From assembly GCA_973895155.1 (NCBI GenBank), contig OZ316899.1:4343241-4407240 (forward strand): a stretch of 64,000 bases of DNA, in the 5' to 3' direction. Made by a program: the position numbers and the translations under genes. This stretch comes from Marsupella aquatica (taxonomy: Eukaryota > Plantae > Marchantiophyta). This document shows, piece by piece, positions 57,588 to 64,000 of the stretch; positions within the stretch are counted from its first letter, which is position 1, and each line of letters opens with the position of its first letter. The notes under the pieces are model-generated. The model did no database searches, was not told the origin of the DNA, and saw only the letters and a list, made by a program, of their open reading frames with translations.

Positions 57588-59985
57588 GTGGGCAAGGAGA
57601 GAGACATGGTGGGAGGAGGATCAGGTGGTGGGGACGGGGCTGGACCCTCTCGGCCCTATGATGAGATTATGAGGGAGATTTTTATGAGTAGGGCAAGGCT
57701 AAGTGCTGAGGATGCAGAGAGAGTTGTGCCACTTCTTCTGACCTTGATTGATGGATCCAGGATTGAGGCAGAGAAAGCTGCGGCTGCAACCATTGCTGCA
57801 GAGAAAGCTGCAAAGAAGAAGCGAAAGGAGGCAAAGAGAGGCAGGGAAGATGGTGAGGAATCCCTCTCTCCCTGAAAAAGAGAGAGGAAGCTTCGCAAGG
57901 CAGCTAAGGAGGCTGAGAAGAAGAGAGTGGAGGAGTTAAAGCGAAAGGAAGCTGAGAGAGCTCTGAGGCCTGAGCTAGCCCTAAACTCAGGTGGCTCCCC
58001 AATCTCTTCCGCAGCCAGTTCAAGCAGGTGGTGAAGGCCAATTTGGGGCCATTAGATTACTGGGGAAGGAAGACTGAGGAGGAGAAAGGTCGAATGCGAG
58101 AGCAAGTGAAGGAGCGATTCAGGAATGGGGCCTCCCTTGATGACAGGTTCTTGAATAAGAGGATATCAGCTTCACTTTCAGACATGCGAAATCATCAGAG
58201 AGAGAAGTTCAAGAAGTACCTTGCTGATTTTCCAATTGATTCAGAGGTGGTCAGGGAGCAAGGCTGTCCAGATGTGCTCTCCCCAGATGAGTGGGCAGCT
58301 TGGCTTGAGGAGGAATTAGCAATCCGAGCCTGGCAAAAAAAAAGACAATGGGACCACAAAATCAGCTTGGCAGAGGAGAAGTGGAAGGCTGGGGAGGAAA
58401 TTGACATCCTCCCCCTCCAACAGAACCTACGGCAGTGGGGAGCTCAAGCAGTACGATTAAAAGAGCCACCCAAGGACATCATCGAAGCATTGGAGCGAGT
58501 CCAAGGGCGGCCCATCGTCACTCACCGCATGGGGCAAGGAGGCTCCAATCGACTGAAAGCAGAGTTCGTAAGTGCCTTCTCCCTCCTCCCTAGCTCCTCC
58601 CCCCGACCACCTGACCTTCTCTTGCGAAGAGTGACTCAATTTCTGCTGCCGAATGCCTTTATGCCGTTTCAGCCCAATGTTTTTTGCTCTCGGGACTGTT
58701 CTGTCCGATACTCATCCAAAGCTTTTAGCATTGGACCTAGTATCAGACCTGTTGTTATGCCATTTAGGGTTACCGGGATCCGATATTGTTCCGTTGCTTT
58801 AAGTATCGGAAACAGCATCGGACCCCTCGTAAGAACAACGGGTTTTTTAAAATGTTGCTCTTTCACTCAATTAGGGGTATGGGTTTGCATTCTTCAGTAC
58901 CCTAAGAAGGCATGGGACCCCTTACAAGAATTGGGAAAAGTTGGGCCGATGCAAAGACTAGTTTTCATGCTAATGGGTTTCTCGTTTGGTATTGTGATGT
59001 GTCAGGAGCGGGACTGGGGTCGACCTATTGGGCCGTCAGAGAGGGAGTTAGCAAAGAGGGATGGACCCCGAGCTCTTAAGCTCCACCTTGAGGAGGAGCT
59101 GGGAGAGGTTATTGGTGTTGAATTGGCCCTATATAGGTTCAAATTGTTTTTGGTTGTGGTCAATATTAGAGAGCTTTCAAGGAACTATGTTTTCAAATGC
59201 AATTTAACCCTACTTATGTATTGTGCAGGATGAGGAGACAGGGTCTGATGAGGGAGAGGAGGGTGAGGGTGAGGAGGGTGAGGGTGAGGAGGAGGATGAT
59301 GGTGAAGAAGGAGAGGATGGTGAGGGAGAGGAGGGAGATGATTCTGAGACGTCTGTGCCCTTAGAGGGTGCGGCAGAGTGATCGGGGAGGGTGCCCCGAG
59401 TTACCCCTACCCCTGCAGTCCCTCATGTTGCCCCCACATCAGCACAGAGGGGTAGGTCACATGGTGTTCATGGGGTGGCCTCCCATCAGTCGGGAGTGTC
59501 ACGGAGTGCGAGGCCCGGCCCCTCAGGGGGTAGTAGAGGTGGCGCGGGACCAGGCCATCGCTCTGGAGTACTATCCGGTACACCTGGCTCTTCTCGACGA
59601 GTGGGCCGTGACATGGAGGATGGTGGCTCTAGGGGGTGAGCGCCATCACGTGAGTCTGGTGGGAGTACCGCACGGCATGGGCCACGGACAGCATGTGCAG
59701 GGGATGCATCCCATCACTCTCACAGGTCTACCGGAGGGGGAGATGGCTCCTTCCACTCTGCCGTGTCAGGGGGTTTAGAGGCATCTGTTGCACCTCAGCA
59801 TCCTAGCGGTGCATCTAGTGGGTCAGGATCCCGGCCAGCATCAGGCCAACCCACTGGTGAGCAGGTGGTTGCCACGGTTGTGGGCAGCCAGAGAGAGGAG
59901 GGGTCTTGTGTTCCTGGACCTGTACCACCCCCTCGTTCTCGCCCGAAGAAGAAGAAGGGATGCAACACACCTTTTTAGAGCTTAG
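57588..59985 (+). CDS. TnpA-like (Ptta/En/Spm second-ORF type) multi-exon gene, divergent from TnpD
   Basis: ..RFLNKRISASLSDMRNHQREKFKK..CPDVLSPDEWAAW..HRMGQGG; GT/AG-bounded introns near 58568-59004 and 59109-59229; acidic (GAG/GGT) tract 59230-59345. There is a frame break near 57876, and the family call is tentative. Confidence 0.55.
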
Positions 59986-60279
59986 TGGCATGAGCTAGAT
60001 ATGTAGTGCATGGTAGCTTTTATACTAGCATATATATGTACCATCTAGTATAGTAAGCTACCTAGGCTACTACATATTGTACATACCAGGGGGTTTCCCT
60101 TTTGAATATGACATTTTGAGCTTGTACATATAACATTCTTTTGCATCAATCATAATTTAACCCAATTTGGCCCATTTCACCATGAAACTAACCCTAAACC
60201 CTCAAATACCAACCCCATGAGGCCCACTCTTCTATCAAGAAAGAATCACCCTTGTCCGTTACTAGTCCAATGCAATATA

Positions 60280-60835
60280 CATCGGAAAAACACCTAATTA
60301 TCCCATGCTTTCAGTATCGGACATCCGATACTCTGCTCTTCAAAAAGTCCTATACTAAACGCATCGGACCCCTCGTCCAGCAAGCATGACAAAAATCCAA
60401 TGTCCGATACCGACCACTTTGGACCATCCAATATAAAAACAATCGGATTGTCCGATACATGCAACATTGGACCTTCCGATCTGTAATCCAATGGATGTTG
60501 CGATACTAAACGCATCGGAAACTCCGATGCTATAAATTACGCACATTGTGAAGCTCTAGGTAACAGAAATTCCGATATGATATGTATCGGACGCCAAGTT
60601 TTGCGATTAAGGTCACCCAAGTGGATATCCGACTCTCTTTGCATTGGATACAAAATAGTCCAAAATGGTTTGCTTCGGAAATACCAATGTAGAGAGAAAC
60701 GGAAAGTCCGAAGGTTGTCCGATGGTCGGTGTCCGATATGTGGAGAATGGGAACATACGAAGCGGGTTACATCGGAAGTACCAAATTTAGTGTGCAACTT
60801 TCGTGAAGGGATCCGATGGAGATGGCATCGGATAA
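60280..60835. repeat. Right subterminal repeats (TCCGAT/ATCGGA)
   Basis: About 20 or more copies in both orientations. Confidence 0.9.
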
Positions 60836-61369
60836 AGGCACAAAAATGTACTAGTGCAAGGACATGTTCTAGGTTGGGAATATGTTCACTATTGTGGTTG
60901 CAGGGCTCCTCTGTTGAATGGATTCTCTAAAATTAACCCCAAGCAGATTAATATGAATAAAATGATGTCAGTCCTATCCTAGGGATATCGCTAGTCTGAG
61001 ACGGGTCCATGTTTGTCTCCCAAATAAACAACCATTCCATGGGAAATGGGGCAGACATGAATATAAGATGGACAAAATGTCATTGAAGGACAAAACAGAG
61101 AAGATAGGAACACACAAACTTTACTTCTTATACATATTGAAAGTACATGTCATGCTTTTGAAACTAAGAAAATGTCCGTAAACCCCACAAACTGACTCTC
61201 TACTCAAGGGCTGGCCGCCTTGTATGCATTGGAGTCTGTGTCCGACTCCAAATTGTAATCCGAAGACGCAAGGCATTCCTTGGTCCAGTAGTCATGGATC
61301 TCCCTATCAATCCAATACTTCTCCTCTTCTGCAAGCCTCTTCCTCTTCGCTATGGCCTTGCGCTATGTG

Positions 61370-64000
61370 TGTCACGTCGTAGGCTTCGGCCTTAACTCAG
61401 ACTTCAGCTTAGACGGGCACATCCCTCGTAAATCTGAGGGTTCGGGCAGGAAGGGAAGCACGTAATGCACCTTATTCTCGTAAACTAGCGCTAAGTGCGC
61501 ATACTGCTAAATACGGACACCTCCTAGGTATGGTTTGTGTTCCGCCGCCGGAACGTACCTTAGTCGATAGCAGGATCGACCCCGGCTTAAGGGCTTCTAA
61601 GCCTTCGTGCTGTCCGCCTTCGATCCGGATTCAATGATACAGGTCCTCAACCCGTGCTCGCAACCACTTACCCGCAGGCTGCACCCTGTGCACGTCTCGG
61701 GTAGTGCGTTCGGCCCGGCGCTGCCACCCATATACGAGAAACCCACACACATATGCGCACACATGCATACAATCTCGATTTACACGAAGGAAAAATGATG
61801 GGAAAGGATTTTACTACAAAGGGAACATATGCGTACACTTAGTTGACACGACAGCCCTAGAATGCACAGGTTCAAGGCCGAGGGTGCACACTACAATGGA
61901 GCCCGGCTCCGCACTCGCCCGACGAGCTTAGTCCTACCCCCTCCCCTTGGTACTCTGTCATTCCCAGAGGTCGGGACTCCCCGCATGTCCCGCGGATGTC
62001 CGACTCTGAAACTAAAAACCCCCCCCCTTGCCTCTACCGAGGGGTGCACTAAATACTAAGAGCCGAGGAACGGGGTGTCCTCTCGCCGAAGATTCGCTGA
62101 CTAAGGTCCTAACTAAGCTGACAGTCAGGCCGGAAAATGGCTGTGTCTTATTAGAAGATCCTAATCTACGCAGGCTGGACAGCAGGGCAGCGCTGCTGTA
62201 CCTAAGGCAGGTGCCTGTCCCAAGAGCCTGACTAAGCCAATCCTAATCCTAATCTATTCCTACTCCGCCGCTAATGCCTGGCACGCTTGCCAGAGCCGCC
62301 CGAATGGGAGCGGCCATCCCGCTGCCTTCGAAGCCTGTCATTGTCCGCTTTGAGGAGCTGGACCTGGTCCAGCAGAGATTCGTTCTCTCGCCTCGCCGCA
62401 TCCGTCTCCTCTGCTGCCTCCTGACATGCCTCCTCCAGCTGCTGGGCGTCGCTCGTCAGTTTACTCGCCAGCTGGTCCTGCTTCTCGGCCTTGGTTTGGA
62501 GCCGCGCCATCTCGGCCTGCAGCGTGGCTATCTCCGTCGCGTCCCGCTGGGCTCGCTCCTCGGCCTCCTCCAGGTCTTTCTGCCAGGTGACAGCTTGTTT
62601 CTTCAAACTGTCAATCTGGTTCCGGAGTCGTGTAATCTCGGCCTCGTTCCTAGCTTTGGCCTGTTCGGCTAGGGCGGTAAGAGCGTACGCCTTTGCTAAC
62701 AACTCATCGGCGGTTGCAACCTTGGGTCGTAGTTGCAGAAGCTCAGCCTCTTGAGCCGCCACTTCGTTCTTTAGGTACACGGACTCCACCCGGTACCGCT
62801 CTATCCTCTGAAGGGCCTCCGACTGGGCCCGACCTGCCTTTACGGCGGCAACCAACTCCTGATTGAAGAAACAGGCTACCTTCCGGGCCATGAACTCCCC
62901 GGTATCCCGGGCAATTTGATGAGAGAAATCTCCCAGAAGCCCGTTCAGAAATGTACCCTGTACGAAGAGTTCCGGGTGGTCCAAGTTGTGCCTGTCCGGA
63001 TTTGGGCACGGGCAGACATCAACACGCGCAGGGGCCGGGGCAGTGACGTCCAGCCCTGGGGACATAACGTTGGAAGGGGCTGGAGTGTCCTCCTGTAGCG
63101 ATGTCCGGTTCTCCGGAATAACCACCGGCGGGTCCTTGGGAGACCCGGGTTCGGGTAAGACCTCTACCGTACCAACTTCTGTACTTAGCCCGGCTAGTTG
63201 GGTCGCATCAACGGTTGCGACGACCGACCCCTCCGGCGCCTCCTCGGTTATGATTACAGCTATTTGTGGAGGTGGGGTGGGTGAAGCTGGCGTGTCCACT
63301 GGACTTCGGGCCTCGGGTTGGGGCCGTCTCTCCAATGCCGGACAAACCCACCTAGCTGGGACCAGCTTTGTAACGTTGATGCGGGGAAGGGTTCATCGAT
63401 CAAACCGGGCGTACCACTCAAGAATGATTTCGATATGGCTAGCGAAATACGCCTTCCCGCCAATGTACAGCGTCTTCCTTCGCCGCTCCATCTCTTCATG
63501 GAATTTCTTAGCGAAGTACGACGCCCATTTCCTAGGTCGATAGTTCTCGACCTGGATAACCTGGGCGGCGGAGATCTCCCCCCGGGGTTCCATCATGTGG
63601 AGAGCGTACCTCTGGAACTCCAGCCGCTCAGCTATCTCGGGCATGAGGTAGGTCCTCATCACGAACCCGTTGTCTACTGATCCCTCTGAGGGAAAACTTG
63701 AAGATTGGTACTTGGCCCCCTTGCCCCCGGGAGCCCGTGATTCGACTCGATGGTCACCTTCGGGTAACCCAAAGATCATCTTGAGCCGTTCTTCTGTGAG
63801 GGACATATTCCTTCCCCGCAGCCGAGTCTATTGAAGTACGTCGTCATAATTCTTGACGAATTTTGTCATGTCCTCCCCGTAGTACCTGCAAGTGTTCCAG
63901 GGGAGAGAGGGGAGGTGCTCAAATCCCTGAGTCTTCAGGTACACCGCATGCTTGGGATGGAGGATGTTGCTATGAACGTTTTCCCCCATGCGATGCATCG
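61370..64000 (-). mobile_element. Second family-B giant LTR, truncated by window end
   Basis: Starts TGTCACGTC at 61370 and is collinear and highly similar to 38885-41500. Confidence 0.92.
62271..64000 (-). pseudogene. Family-B LTR-encoded PMD-like/coiled-coil ORF (partial)
   Basis: 62271-63335 and 63393-63806 are one frame split by a CGA>TGA stop at 63393, with a further stop near 63828. It ends GGSGKRARH*. Confidence 0.85.

Larger units (their letters stand above)
50936..60856. mobile_element. Complete CACTA (En/Spm) DNA transposon, 9921 bp
   Basis: TIRs CACTAGTACATTTTTG (50936-50951) and CAAAAATGTACTAGTG (60841-60856); 3-bp TSD CAA on both sides; subterminal repeats; TnpD-like gene. Confidence 0.97.
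22296..61369. mobile_element. MULE-like unit, copy 2, containing nested Ty3 array, solo LTR and CACTA
   Basis: Same gene order as copy 1. The 18-bp palindrome occurs on both sides of the CACTA insertion (50861, 60978). The right end was not identified. Confidence 0.5.

Noticed and set aside
58568-59233. C-terminal half of the 401-aa ORF 58028-59233
   Set aside because: Mostly read-through of introns (GT donor after AEF, TCCGAT cluster, T-rich composition).
51000-60835. Short repeated motifs as a CRISPR-like array
   Set aside because: 6-bp motifs in both orientations with irregular spacing next to CACTA TIRs; no 25-45-bp direct repeats with unique spacers.

Overview
This 64-kb window is almost entirely nested plant transposable elements; I recognised no ordinary host gene. 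The lineage is probably a non-seed land plant (inference from element types). The bottom layer is a decayed Bianca-like Ty1/copia pol. Above it are two diverged copies of a Mutator-like (MULE) unit. In each, a GCM/WRKY-type Zn finger + DDE transposase (+ strand; a SWIM motif is visible in copy 2) lies head-to-head with a multi-exon gene (- strand) that combines a ParB-like DGNH motif with a beta-class N4/N6 DNA-methyltransferase-like C-terminus. Non-coding parts of these units are dotted with an 18-bp palindrome. The window also holds a young non-chromoviral Ty3/gypsy element (22809-38349, then a truncated second internal region) with 4.66-kb LTRs, each containing a complete 1121-aa ORF with a plant-mobile-domain (PMD)-like core and coiled coils. 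Three TSD-flanked solo LTRs of 3.9-4.7 kb, from three related families, carry the same kind of ORF, which shows that the gene is part of the LTR itself. Finally, a complete 9.9-kb CACTA element (16-bp TIRs, 3-bp TSD) carries a SET-domain ORF and a divergently oriented TnpA-like gene. The best candidates for a novel system are the protein-coding giant LTRs, the MULE-borne ParB/MTase-like gene with its palindromes, and the CACTA-borne SET domain. All domain calls come from motif recognition by eye, not database searches.
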